Shown: positions 48,550 to 61,303, numbered from the stretch's first letter. The stretch is 64,000 bases of DNA from Chiloscyllium plagiosum (GCF_004010195.1 NC_057718.1:73841931-73905930); one strand, 5' to 3'. Made by a program: numbers and translations. The notes: a model not told the origin generated them from the letters alone.

Positions 48550-49584
48550 GTAGCCGAGGATTAAACTACCCTGTGTACTGTAAATAGAGAACTGTAAGAC
48601 AAAAACAAGGCTTGTTTGCTACATTTGTCCACAAAGGAAAAGAACCCTTTTGTATCTTATTTCTAGTCTGGAATTTCTTTTGTTAACTCTGGCTAATGTG
48701 GGGTGTATGAAGTTATTGTTTGACCCTTTCATTCTTACAAATGACCAGAAACAAGTCTTGCTTTTGTCTCTATTAAACTGAAATTGCTGTCTTGCCTTTT
48801 CAGATATTATAGTTAGCCTTAGGTTGTATGATAGTTGAAAGGAGATGTTACTTTTGTAAGTAATAAGATGTTGAGAATTGAAAATTCAATTTGACTGCAA
48901 ACTATAAATTCTGAAATAAAGTACAATATCCCTTTTGATGGTTTTGTGTAGGTTAGTCCTAATTGCACATATCTTTGTGTTCTAATGAAGTTGATGTAAA
49001 TTGCATTCTCCAATCCACTTTTTGGATTTGATGTAAAATTGAACTAAGCACACATTGTTTATAAGGTATCCTTCGAAGTGGCACCTTCTTGCTTTGTATG
49101 TCTCAAGTGTCCAAACTGCATTTCCTAGAAATTTTTCAATTTCTATTCCTTGGTTCCTAAAATTGTATAATGCCATGCCACATTAGTATTAACACCAAAT
49201 AATAGATCAAATTTTGATGTTTATCTTCAAAACTAGATGCAAATTTACAGCCAGTGTTGCAAATTGAAAATTATAACTATTTTACTAGTGTTAGAAGTTG
49301 ATGGCTAAATTAGGGTGTTTCCTTTCAGCATATTTAAAAGGGGTAAACAAGTTGAAAGACTTAAGAATATCACGCTATCATACTTTAGAACATATTTAAC
49401 TTTCTTGAACCTGTAGCAAGCTACGAGGATATGTTTTTAGTAAGTGTTCATAATTCATAGCACTACTTCTGTAGACTTCCCTTAGTCCATTTGCTTTTAA
49501 TAAACTTGTAAAAAAGTTGTACTATAAGATTTTAAATTGGATAGCTGGGTTAACACTATACAGGTGTTAATTTGGGTGGGTGAC

Positions 49585-49832
49585 AATAGATAATAGGTGC
49601 AGGAGTAGGCCATTCTGCCCTTTCAGCCTGCACCACCATTCAGTATGATTATGGCTGATCATCCTTAATGAGTATCCTGTTCCTGCCTTATCTCCATAAC
49701 CCTTGATTCCACTATCCTTGAGAGCTCTATCCAACTCTTTCTTAAATGAATCCAGAAACTGGGCCTCCACTGCCCTTTGGGGCAGAGCATTTCACACAGC
49801 CACCACTCTCTGGGTGAAGAAGTTTCTCATCT
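49585..49832 (-). mobile_element. CR1-like LINE 3' end
   Basis: ggagtaggccattc...caccattcagtatgattatggctgatc...; - strand FLDSFKKELDRAL. Confidence 0.8.
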
Positions 49833-51027
49833 CTTTCCTGGATTTGGTTTTGAATATACTATATACCATAGTGTTATAGTGCCAAGTTTTTAATTCCAGA
49901 TTGAATATTTGACATGTAACCTAAAGTAATAGTAAAATAGTATCAAAAACTGAGTTTATCTCAAGTTACTGAACTACAGAAGGTTCCAGTTTAATCTGTA
50001 TTCAGTTCTGGGTTAGTTGATTTCAGCTGGAGGTACAGTTGTTCTTGCTATGCCCCTAAATTAAGGATAGAAAATAAGTCAAAAACTTGCCTTGCCACCC
50101 CAGCAGTTTTGTTGGGAAGTGCACAAATCTCTCTTGGTTTAAAAGGAATATTAGCATTTCACACTAAGGTTCCCTGTGTGAATACTTATCACGCAATTAA
50201 GATGAAGATTACAGATTTGCACACCAAGGGATTGATGTAGAGGATGAGAGAAATTTTTGGTGTAGATTTTTAAAATAACATCCTTACCACAAAAATCAGA
50301 TATTTGTGAAAGGTTGTATTTGATATTGGTCCTACCATGTCTATAACGATCAGTACTGTTCCATTTTACCCAGAGCAGTGCTTGTCTGTATTCCAATCTG
50401 TTTCAAAATGTAATGCTTGTACCCCTTAAATTAAGCTGTAATAATCATGTTATACTGTTGATATATAACAGACATTGTGGGTTTAATGTCTTTGTTTTGG
50501 TAGTGAAGCTGTGTGGAGTGCAAGGATGTATCAGTAATTGCATGGTCACGTGAGCATGGTTTCCTACCTTAAATATTTGTCCATGTTTTCTGTAAACTTA
50601 ATTGTGGATCAGGCTTAGATGGATACAGGCCAAGAAAATTGAACAAATATCTAGGTCAAGAAGAGGAATAGAAGGCTAAGATATGTGAAAGTTTTAAAAT
50701 TTGAATCTCCCATTTAAAAAGGGATATTGTGACTTTGAAATATATACCATACTTTGCAAATAGACAAAAGATTAAAACATGAATGCAACTAAAGAAAACA
50801 TCGAGGAAAAAGTTGCTGGTTTTCTGTTTAGTGTGATTTCAATTTAAAACTATCTGATCAATCATTGCTTTCATCCACCCATAGAAACTGGAGATGTTAC
50901 TTGCCCTTTTTAAGGAACTTACTGCTAAATACAGCAAGATTTCATTGGCATTGACCATCATTGTTCATTCCTGCAGATAAACATTGTTTTATACTGTAAG
51001 CTGGAGGTGAGTGTAACTTATTTTTGT

Positions 51028-51033
51028 AATAAA
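51028..51033 (+). terminator. Candidate distal polyadenylation signal (others at 46811, 47305, 49499)
   Basis: AATAAA followed by U-rich sequence; usage unverified. Confidence 0.3.
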
Positions 51034-54000
51034 GATTTTGATTTTTAACTGTCTTTCCAATGGAGGTTTTCTTTTGCAGATACAGTTCCAGTGTTCAAAA
51101 GGGTACAGTATTCAGAAAATCAAACTGTTCTTTAGGTTTGTATGGGTTCATCAAAACAGGCTGACAGTGAAGTAGCTAAAAGGCAACTTAGAATTGTTGA
51201 CTCCCTCACTGTGCTTTAGAAAATGATTTTAAAATGCAAGGCAAGTTTGATATTTGTACTTTTGTTAGGGAGTTCTTAACTCTAGATTGCCACTCAAGTG
51301 ATCATTACTTTTGGTTCCTGAAGAAGGGTTATATGTGAAAAGTTGACTTCTCCGCTGCCTGATGCTGCCTGGCTTTGTGTTCTTCGATCCTCCTGCTTGT
51401 CTACTTTTGGATTTCAGCATCTGCAGTTTTGTCTCTTCTGTGATCCTCTACAGTTTAGGTTATGCAATTATAGGGTATTGTAGTTGTTTTTTCGCCAAAT
51501 GTAATGTGCATTTGTTTATTGGAATTGTAAGTCATTATATTTTTAAAAACAAAAGTAAACAAAAACATATTGGAGGAACTCTGGTTTAGTTCTGTCTGGA
51601 GAGAAAACATTTCAAGTCTCGTGACCTACAGAGCTGCACTGAAAGAGGGTCACTGGACGATAGGTTAACTTTGTCTTTGCAGATGCTGAGTTTCTCTAGC
51701 AACTTCTGTTTTACCTGATCCAGAGTTACTGTGGTTAACTTAACCATCCCAGTTCACTAAACAGGTGTGCTAAGATTGAACTTTGATCTTTTCTGGTCTT
51801 CACAGTGGTATGAACTGGGCTGCTGGAATTTTCTTCTTTCAATTGAGAGACCAGACAGTACACATTACATTTTGCATACTCGTTCAGGGGCTGACTCTTT
51901 TTTTTAAATCTCTTCTTTCTCTACCTCTTCTTTCTCACACGCTACTCACCAATGAAATGACTACAGCCATGGCTCTAAAATAAGTAGTTCCTGCTCCAGA
52001 TACTGCATTGCAGAAAATTAAACATAACTTTATGGACAATTCATAAAATCCATCTTAATGAATGGTACGCATTGGGTGACTCTATGATTCATTGAGTGTT
52101 CTGTTTAATTATATTGCTGGCCTTCTGCAATTTAATTTTTCCCTCACTAGGACTTGCTATTGCATGATTGTCTTTTTGTGCTTGTCCTAGGAAGAGGAAT
52201 AAACCCCTTACTAGTGTTCTTCGCTATTCAGTGTCTGCAGTCATAAGTTGATTGGACTCAACAGGACTGCTGTGTTAAATGGCTCATGGAAGGACTTGGA
52301 GGAGCTATGAGGAAAAAGATCTCCCTTTTTCTTATCCCTTAAAAAAAAAAGCATAAATACTTTTTTTTTTAAAAGTAAGCTTAGCTGCAGGTATTGTGAA
52401 AAATCTCTAAGTGTTCACTAAAACTAAAGATCTGTTTTAAAGATATAACGTATACTTTGCTTACTTAAAAGATCCTGACAGTCAGTTTTCTTTTTTTCCA
52501 AGAAGGTTGTTGGGAGTGAAGCTAGTCTGAGAATTCTCTCCTTCGTTGAAAAAATAATGGAGTTTGAAAATCACTTATAAACCTAATGGTAGCAAATGCA
52601 TGAGTGATTGAGCCTGTAATGGGGGAGGGGTGGGGTGCATGTTCTCACTGATTCTATAGGGTTGAATTTTCCAGAGAAAAATCAACCATGTGTGTGACCT
52701 AAGTTGTGAGGGCGATTTCACCACAGCTGTGATTATTGTTGTTCAAAGTAAAAGTAATTTGATGTCATCAATGCCTCTCAATTGGGAATGAATGGTTCGT
52801 GATAAAATGGTTCCTTCATACCTCAGTTTTTTTTACAGGTACCAAATCTGGGGTGACCATTAAGTTGAGTCCCTGTAAATATTTAGACCATACACTTGAC
52901 TGAGATATAAGTGTCTAGCTGGAAATCTGGTATCCATGGGAATTTAGTATGGAGATTGGTGAAAGGAAAATATTTCTACTTTTCCTGGCTTTCTGCAGCA
53001 GTAAAAGGCAAGTTTTTTTTGCCAAGTGGTTGGTGAATGTTATTATTGTAAAACAGGAATCATTTAGTAATTGTAAAACTTTTCTTAATGTTTACTGGCT
53101 ATAAAGCTTAGATTGGCTGGTGAGTATTTTCTATTAATTGTAATTTCAATTAAAGCAAGCAGAACACTAATTGAAATAAAAATATAAGCACAGGCAGAAT
53201 GATGGAATAATTAAACTTGATTCAGTGAAGTAATTAAACCCTATAAAGATGGGGAGCGCTCAGACTTGTGCAATCCAAGGTCAATCATCTGCCTAGGATA
53301 TCTTAAATACAGCCATTGTGCTGGAGGCTGAGCTAAAGAGACTGCAATGCATCAAAATTGTGTTACCTGGACACTGCTTCAGGAAGCAGTCAGACCTCTT
53401 AAGCTCATCTAATCTAGTAACTGCTCATGGACAGGAGGTTGTAAATGAATGTGAGGCAGGTAAAGTAATTGAGATGCAAGTAGCAAAGCTGTTGGAATTG
53501 TAACTTCAAGATTACTGCAGCCTTGTGACTGAAAAGGGGCTGCATTGAGGATGAGTGAATTGACTTAATCGCAAAGTACAGGAAGCCATTTTAGTAGGGA
53601 GTAGAAGAGTTGATAGCAATGTAGTGGACAATATACTCAAGGCAAATGGAAGCAGTTCTATGTAACTGTAACGTTTGTCCTAAATCCTGACATTGGGCAG
53701 GCATTTGACGTGAGCTAAAATGGAAATTTCAGTTGGAGAGGGAAGGATCCAGTTGTTGCTCCACATTAATACCTGTGATCGTGGAAAGAAGTTCAACTTC
53801 AAAGGTATTATCAACAAGGAGCTAAATGTTTTTAAAAAAGGTTCTGGATTATTAACTGAGCCATGAGCAAATTGGAGTAGGGTCAGTAAGATGTGGGTAT
53901 TAACAAGGTGGCTGAAAGAAGTGCTTTTGATTCATAAGACACTGCCTGGGCAAAATGGGAGCTATATCTTTGGGATGGTCGTCATATGACCTGTGCAGTA

Positions 54001-54399
54001 ACCAGTATTTTGAGTTGGTACTTGGCTAAATATTGGGACTGAGGGAAGATGTGATTAATTCTAGAGAACAAGGCAGCATTAAGGGAAATAGTGGTAATTG
54101 TCTGATCCTAGTAGGGTTGTCTGAGGGTCTTGATGTTTCAGATCCTAAATTTTATTGAGGCTGTGGAAAATGCCTGTGTTCATGGCTGATGTACACCGAA
54201 TACTGTATGGTCTTGACAGAGCAAAATCTGCATAGTACTGCTGGCTTGTGAATTGATCTTTGTGGCCAAAAGGGTGCACCACATTAATGCAGTCCCTATA
54301 ATGGCAGCAAAGATACAGCAGGCTAAAAGTTTCACAAATGGCCAATCAGATCCTCTCCATATTGATGCCATGTTTTAAATTCCTGATGTCATTACATAG

Positions 54400-54688
54400 A
54401 TTGTTAACAGTGTGGAAACTGGCCCTTCGGCCCAACAAGTCCACACCGACCCGCCGAAGCGCAACCCACCCATACCCCTACATTTACCCCTTCACCTAAC
54501 ACTACAGGCAATTTAGCATGGTCAATTCACCTAACCTGCACATCTTTGGACTGTGGGAGGAAACCGGAGCACCCAGAGGAAACCCACGCAGACACGGGGA
54601 GAATGTGCAAACCTCACACAGTCAGTCGCCTGAGGTGGGAATTGAACCCAGGTCTCTGGCGCTGTGAGGCAGCAGTGCTAACCACTGC
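54400..54688 (-). mobile_element. HE1-like V-SINE
   Basis: Reverse complement nearly matches 33305-33600. Confidence 0.85.
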
Positions 54689-55499
54689 TTCATGTTTCAA
54701 CCTCTGGACCTGGATCTCCACCCCAATGTTTTAACTGGCTGGGTCCATCATGTCTGCTGTCGCCTCACCCTCACATTTTTGTAATCAACCTGTTTAGAGA
54801 TGTTATGTACCCCCTGAAGCAGGTGAGGCTTGAATTTGGACTTCCCAGCTCAGATGTGGGAACACAACCACTTTGCCATAAGAGCATGTACGTTTCTTGT
54901 TCTGAAGCTATTTCACCTTCCCCTCCTGAATTTAGTGACTGGCTCTGTCCACATGGGTTTTCACTTTGAATCATAACATTTTGTTGAGGACCCATTTTGT
55001 TTGCAGTTTTGTGACAGAGTAAGTGTCAGCAACGTTCACCAGACTGATTCCTGGAATGGTGGCACTGTACTATGAAGATAAGTGATTGGGCCTGTATTCT
55101 TGAGTTTAAAACAATGAGATGATATTGAAGTATATTTAAAAAAATAGAAATCAACCAGTAGGTGGAGGAAAGATGTTTCTTAGGATGTCATGTTGGACTT
55201 AATTTTGAAAACTGTTTCTGCCTCCACAGATGTTGCCAGAACTGCTGAGCTTCTCCAGAATTTAAAAAAAAAAGTTTGATTTCCAGCATTCGCAGTATTC
55301 TGCATTTGGTCCCCTTGGCTGGGAGGATCTAGAACCAGAAAACTCTGAATAAGAGCTAGATTGAGGAAGAGTTTTTTCAGAATTATGCATCTTTTTGTTT
55401 GCTCCTGAGTGCTTGTAAGTCTCAAACATTCTGTATATTGAATACAGAGAATGAGCAACATTTAGATATTAAAGTAATGTGGAATCTCAAGCATCAACA

Positions 55500-56440
55500 T
55501 AGTTTTATTACTCATTTCTATCATATACACCTGCAGTAAAAATTAGACAGTGTTCCTCTAGGACTAAGTTGCTACATGGACAAAACAAACTACACTTTCA
55601 TACACAGGGTGGCTTAAAGTGCATAAGTGTAAAACTTGCAAGACAGCACAGTAATTCCTGACATGTCAAGACAATAAACACAATGGTGTACAAATTACTG
55701 TAATAAGAGTGATAATTAAAACATTTGTTCAAGCAGCAATTTGAAGTTGTGTAAAGGGTTTCAGCTGGAATAGAGTCTGATCCAGTTTTGAGGAGCCTGA
55801 TGGCATGGGTGAATGAAGAAACTGTTGCACACTATGGCTGTGACAGACCAAATGCTTTGGTATTGTCTGCCAGATGGCATGAGAGAAAAGAGTTTAATTG
55901 AGGGCAGTGTGGGGTCTTTCACGATTCTCTTAACCTTTCTGATACAGCGTGTGGTTTAAATGTCTGCAATGGAGGGAAGAGAGACCCTGAAGATCATCAG
56001 CTGTCCTCACTATCTGTTGTAGGGTCTTACAGTCTGCAATTCCTGAACCATGCAGCGCTGTGGGTACTCTTGGAATTGTCAATGGACCCCCTGTAGAATG
56101 TGGTGAGGATGGGAATGGGAGCTGGGCTTTCCTCGACCTTATCAGAAAGTAGACACTGCTGGGCTTGCTTGGCTGTGGAGCTGGTGTTGAGGGACCAGGT
56201 GGACGCCAAGAAATTTGGTGCTCTTCATGGGAGCCATCAATGTCCAGCGGAGAGTGGTTGCTCCATACCCTCCTGAAGTCAACAACCATCTTTCGTCTTG
56301 TCCACGTTCAGAGACAAGTTGTTGGCTCTGCACCGTCTGTTAGCTGCTGTACCTCTCTGTATGCTGACTTGTTAGTCCTGCTAAAGACAGCCATTACAGT
56401 TGTCATCAGCGAACTTAATGGTATGATCTGAGCTGTGCAT
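55500..56440 (-). mobile_element. Rex/Babar-like LINE 3' fragment
   Basis: - strand VVDFRR..SPLDIDG, TKFLGVHL, TWSLNTSSTAKQAQQ, ILTTFYRGSI. Confidence 0.6.
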
Positions 56441-58029
56441 CTAGAATCTAAGTATATTGCAGGAAAATTTGGGTCTGCAGTGTGCTGCTAGTAAGTATGA
56501 TGGCGGCAGGTCAAATTGAGGCATTCAAGAGTATTGATTGTAGTTATCTAAATAACTGCACGGACAAAAGGCAGGGGAATAACACTAAGTTATGGGTGGG
56601 GGGGGTGGGCGTGTTGAATTTAATATTTTTTTTAAAAAAAGCTAGCTACAGGAAACTTGGTCATTTTTGCAGACAAAGTAGGTGTTCTGCAAATCGGTCA
56701 CCCAGTGTAGAAGAGATTAACGAATGTGGTAGAAATTGCTGTTTTGATCTGGCTGGGGCCTTGGATAGTGAAAGGAGAGGAAGTGAATGGGCAAAAGCCA
56801 GAAATGTTGTTTTTCAGTAACTGAAGGATTACATGCAAAATGTTGACTTCACAACCTGATGCTGCCTGGCTTGCTTTACTCTTCCAGCTGGTCTACCTTG
56901 GATTCCAGCATCTCCAGATTTTTGTCTCTAACCAATTTAGTATTTACCAAAACTCGAGTGTCATAAGTGTATTGCTGAATTTTCAGAGAAATTATGCATC
57001 CATGTTTCCCTCCTATCTGCTGATTATAAATGCAAACTGTCTCTTTGGACTAAACAAAAGAAAACTAAGGTGTGGTGGGTAAATTGGCAGTGATAAACTG
57101 GACAATATCAGTAATAGGCATGTCAACAGACAGGCAATGGTTAATGAACAAATACATGCCTTTCAAGAGTTAAATGTTCCTTTCAGGTTATAGGATACAA
57201 GAGGAGAGAGGTCTGATTTGGCCAACAGAAGAAATTAAGGATAGAATTAGATCCAAAGAGGAGTCCTATAAAGCTACTTGAGTCCTGAAGAATTTCACTA
57301 GACCGGGAGAGATGGTGAGAATCGCTAGGGAAAAGGCTACTTGACTTCTTCCCTACCTGTTGCAGATATATTACTAGTTCCATGATCAATCTGGTGAATG
57401 GTTATCAACTAAAAATGTAAATTCTTTTTTCCACACTTAATGCCTAACCTGCCTCTCTTGACAATGAATGGCATCATAGTTGAAGCCTCCACTGTCAACT
57501 GCTTGGGGTAATCATGGATCAGAAAAGGAACTGACTAGCTTTGTAAATACGCTGGTAGTGGACAGATTGCAAGTTTTACAACAAATTTCCCTACTTGTCT
57601 ATAAGCATTTAGTTAATACTGTGTAAGTGTTTTTCCTTTTGTAGCACTGCAACTAAGTTAAAGCAGAAGTATGGGTTATTTCACACTTAGATGTGGGGGG
57701 GGGGATATCTTGCAACACGAGCACACTTCCAAATACAGGGTATATAAGGCTTTATAGAATCAATGGAGAAAGCAATTCGGAGAGTGATGGTGTAGTGGTA
57801 TTATCACTGAACTAGTAAGCTAGTTTTGAATTCTACCACAGCACAGATTGGAATTTGAATTCAATAAAAATGTGAAATTAAGAAATTCCAATAATGACTA
57901 CATAAAAACCATTAATGTCCTTTATGTGAGGAAAATTACTATCCTTGTGCAGTTGATCTTGTGTGAATCCAGACCTCCAGCAATGCAGTTGACTCATTTC
58001 TGTCTGAATCACCTAGCAAGCCACTTAAG

Positions 58030-59560
58030 GTCTTCCCAATAAGTATACAACTTGGCTCTTGTACCCTGCAAAACATGTCCTCACATCTGAGGGTGAGTGC
58101 TATCGTTGGGCTTGGTCAAGCAATAGTCTTGTATGATTACACTCTCAGAACCAATGTCTAACTGGTAGGCCAGGACCAGACCCAGATGCAGCAGAGGTGG
58201 TAGAACAGTGATATGCATTTGGAGGGGAGTTGCCTTAGGAAGCTTCAACATTGACTCTGACGCCACGAAGTCTCATGGGATCAGGTCAAACCCCTGCAAC
58301 AAAACCTCTGGCTAATAAATCAGTACTCCTCCAGGTTGAACTCTTAGAGAAAGTTCTGAGGGGTGAATTGGGGGATAACTTCAGCATCCATTCCCAATAC
58401 TGGTTCTGCAGTAGCATTATTGATTGAATTAGTTGGGTGCATAAGGGCACAGCTGTTGGGCTGTTTTTTCTCTGATTCTCATACTTGACTTTATCCTTAC
58501 TACTTGGCCTGTCAAAGATGCATCACTCATGCAGTAGGAATGATCATCTCCCAGTTCGTTTGGATATGAAGTCCAGTTATATTGTAAATGCCCTTTGTCA
58601 TATGGTGCGGCATAGTCTCTACTAAACGGGACAGACTTCTAACATCTGTTGGTGCAATTCTGGGTGTTCATGAGGCACTGTAGGCTTTCAGCAGTAGCAG
58701 CATTGTACAAAACAATTTGTATCCTTGTGGTCTGGCATATTCCCCATATTATAATTATTCCACCAAGCCAGGAGAATCAACTATGATACATTGAAGATTG
58801 CAAGAAGAGTGGCAGGAAGGTGCACCAGATGTCAACTTGGTGAGGTCTTAAAACTGAAATATATGTGTTCCAAAAGGCATGAGATGCAAGTGATAATTGG
58901 ACAAAGTGATTCGACAGCCAGTGGATCAAATCAAAGCTTTGTAGTCTTGCTACATGTAGTCATGAATAGCAGTGGACAATTTGTGGAGGAGTAAGCTCCA
59001 CAAATATCCCCCCCCTCAATAATGTGGGAGCCCAGCAAGAGAGAAAGCTGAAGCATTTGTAACAAACCTCAGCCAGACGTGCTGTGTTAAATCTGTCTTT
59101 GTTTCTTCCAGTCATCCCCAGCATCATAGATGTCAGTCTTTTCACTCCATGTAATATCAAGAAGTAGCTAGAGACATTGGACACTGCAAACAGTATAGGT
59201 CATGGCAACGTTCTGGCAATTGTACTGAAAACATGTACTCTGGAAATTGCCACATCCCTAGATAAGCAGTTCCCATTTAGCTGCAACACTATATAGTTGC
59301 CCTATTCATAAAAAGCAGGACAGATTCAACTCGGCCAGTTAGGCCCCATCATTCTAAACTCAGTAATCAGTAAATGAAGCTTACTTGTGGAAGTGCTGCT
59401 GTTGGACCGGGATGGACAAAGTTAAAAATTACACAACATCAGTCTATTGTCCAACGAGTTTATTTACTTTCAAATAAATCTGTTGGACCATAACATGGTG
59501 TCCTGTGATTTTGAAGTTTTCATCAACAGTACTATGAATTAGCACTCACTTAGCAATAAC
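58030..59560 (+). mobile_element. Highly decayed L2/CR1-group LINE with a small family-B PLE-terminal insertion (~59385-59520)
   Basis: Similarity to 4750-4915 block (gtcaagcaatag..., cagacccag..cagaggtgg); degenerate RT-like PIHKKQDRFNSAS. Confidence 0.45.
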
Positions 59561-59939
59561 CTGCTCAGTCCCACGAAGATTATTCTACTTGTCTGGCTAT
59601 GCTGTAAGTCATCTGTTGCAATTAGGATGTTATGCTGTGTATTTGTAGCATTCGTGTGAATTATCCTCCTATTCTTAAATTCAGTAGCTGTCAAGGGGTC
59701 TAAAGACTAGTTCAACCAGTGTTCTACCCTTATTTATTACCTACAACTATATGGATTTTATATCTTCCGATTCAAGATAATCTCCTGCTATCATACTTTA
59801 TTCATCCCCTGTCAACATTACAAACTCCACCACCGTAACTGAGTAGATGGAGGAGTCTCCGGAAGGAGAGATGAGGCCTGAGGCTGAAGCCAGGATCTGA
59901 CGATTAATGGGCCCATGACAGCAAGGTGACAAGTCAGTA

Positions 59940-60490
59940 TTGAGGCTGAGGGTGGGCGGATCATTATGGGGAGAACAATGTTAAAAATCACACAACACCA
60001 GATTATAGTCAAGATTGGAGTTGTGCTGGAAATGCACAGCAGATCAGGCAGCATCCGAGGAGTAGGAAAATTGACGTTTTGGCAAAAGCCCTTTGATTTT
60101 CCAGCTCCTCAGATGCTGCCTGATCTGCTATGGTTTTCCAGCACTGCTCTAATCTTGACTCTAATCTCCAGCATCTGCAGTACCCACCTAACCCCAGGTT
60201 ATAGTCCAACAGGTTTATTTGGAAGTACTAGCTTTTGAAGCACCGCTCCTTCTGCAGGTGATTGTGGAGTAGGACCATAAGACAGAACCTATAACAAAAG
60301 ATTACAGTGTCATGCAACTGAACTGATATACAATAGAGATTTGTTAAATATATCACGTCAGTTGCATGATACTGTAATCTTTTGCTATAAATTCTGTGTC
60401 TTATAGTCCTACTCCACAACCACCTGAAGAAGGAGCTGCGCTCCGAAAGGTATTGCTTCTGAATAAACCTGTTGGACGATAACCTGGTGT
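59940..60490. mobile_element. Long palindromic PLE-terminal element (family B) with nested family-A element (60011-60193)
   Basis: Arms 60194-60320 and 60358-60490 are imperfect reverse complements; hammerhead-like cores on both arms; nested element flanked by ccag(a/g)ttatagtc. Confidence 0.75.
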
Positions 60491-60491
60491 T

Positions 60492-60635
60492 CAAAGTTTG
60501 TGAGAAGATTTGTAGCTCGGGTGCGCGTTGTTGTGGTTCTGTTCGCCGAGCTGGGAATTTGTGTTGCAGACGTTTTGTCCCCTGTCTACGTGACATCCTC
60601 AGTACTTGGGAGCCCTCCTGTGAAGTGCTTCACAG
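60492..60635 (-). mobile_element. PLE terminus (family C)
   Basis: Matches 35851-35990; - strand CTGAGGA-T-GTCAC...GGGGAC-aAAA-CGTC. Confidence 0.75.
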
Positions 60636-60639
60636 GAGG

Positions 60640-61303
60640 AGGGGCCTGGGGCCGATTATTATCGAAACTGAAGGGGGCCTGAGGCGAATGACATCCAATC
60701 ATTACGCGAAGGAGGCGGTGCTTGAGGTTGTGGGCGGGGTCTGTCGTCACGGTGATCCAGAGGCTGAGGGCGGGACGTTTCGTCACGGGAAGGATGTGAT
60801 GCTAAGACTGAGGGCGGGACGTTTCGTCTCGGGAAGGACGTGGCGCAGGGGCTGAGGGCGGAGTCTGTCGTCACGGGAAGGGGGTGGTCCAGAGGCTGAG
60901 GGCGCGGCCTGTCTCACGAGAAGGAGGTGGTGCAGAGGCTGAGGGCGGGACCAATCGTCACGGGAAGGAGCCGGTGATCAGGCTGAGGGCGGGGTCGTCA
61001 CGGGATGGAGGCGGTGCTTGAGGCTGAGGGCGGGGTCGTCACGGGATGGAGGCGGTGCTTGAGGCTGAGGGCGGGGTCTTTCGTCACGGGAGAAGAAGCA
61101 GGTCGTGCGGCTGTGGGCGGGGTCGAGAATTTGGAGCGTGGAGGTGATTGATGGGTCCGCGACAGCGAGGCTGAGACAGAAACAGGCTTGTGTGTAGGCC
61201 TGACGAGGGAAGGAGGCGTTGCTTCTATTCCTGTGCCGTAAACGGTGAGAGAGAAAGAGCAATGTCGCGGCGCTGGTAAGCCCAGGCCTTGGCGGAAGTC
61301 AAT
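60640..61303 (+). promoter_or_regulatory. SNX14: SNX14 CpG-island promoter / 5' UTR
   Basis: High CpG; repeated GGGCGG and CGTCA; ETS-like ggcggaagt (61291-61299) just before the ATG. Confidence 0.7.
60724..61125 (+). repeat. GC-rich minisatellite (~10 x 36-46 bp) in SNX14 promoter
   Basis: Unit gaggctgagggcggggtcgtcacgggatggaggcggtgctt; near-identical copies at 60979 and 61020. Confidence 0.9.

Larger units (their letters stand above)
24270..51050 (+). other. SYNCRIP: SYNCRIP (hnRNP Q) gene span, 11 exons plus alternative terminal exon; 3' end uncertain
   Basis: Coding exons of 148,119,108,114,177,136,206,150,122,592 nt join in frame to 623 aa (acidic domain, 3 RRMs, RGG region); all introns GT-AG; SNX14 downstream. 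Confidence 0.93.

Noticed and set aside
60724..61125. CRISPR-like array or repeat-protein ORFs
   Set aside because: Eukaryotic tandem repeat without unique spacers; the overlapping ORFs are by-products of GC-rich repeats
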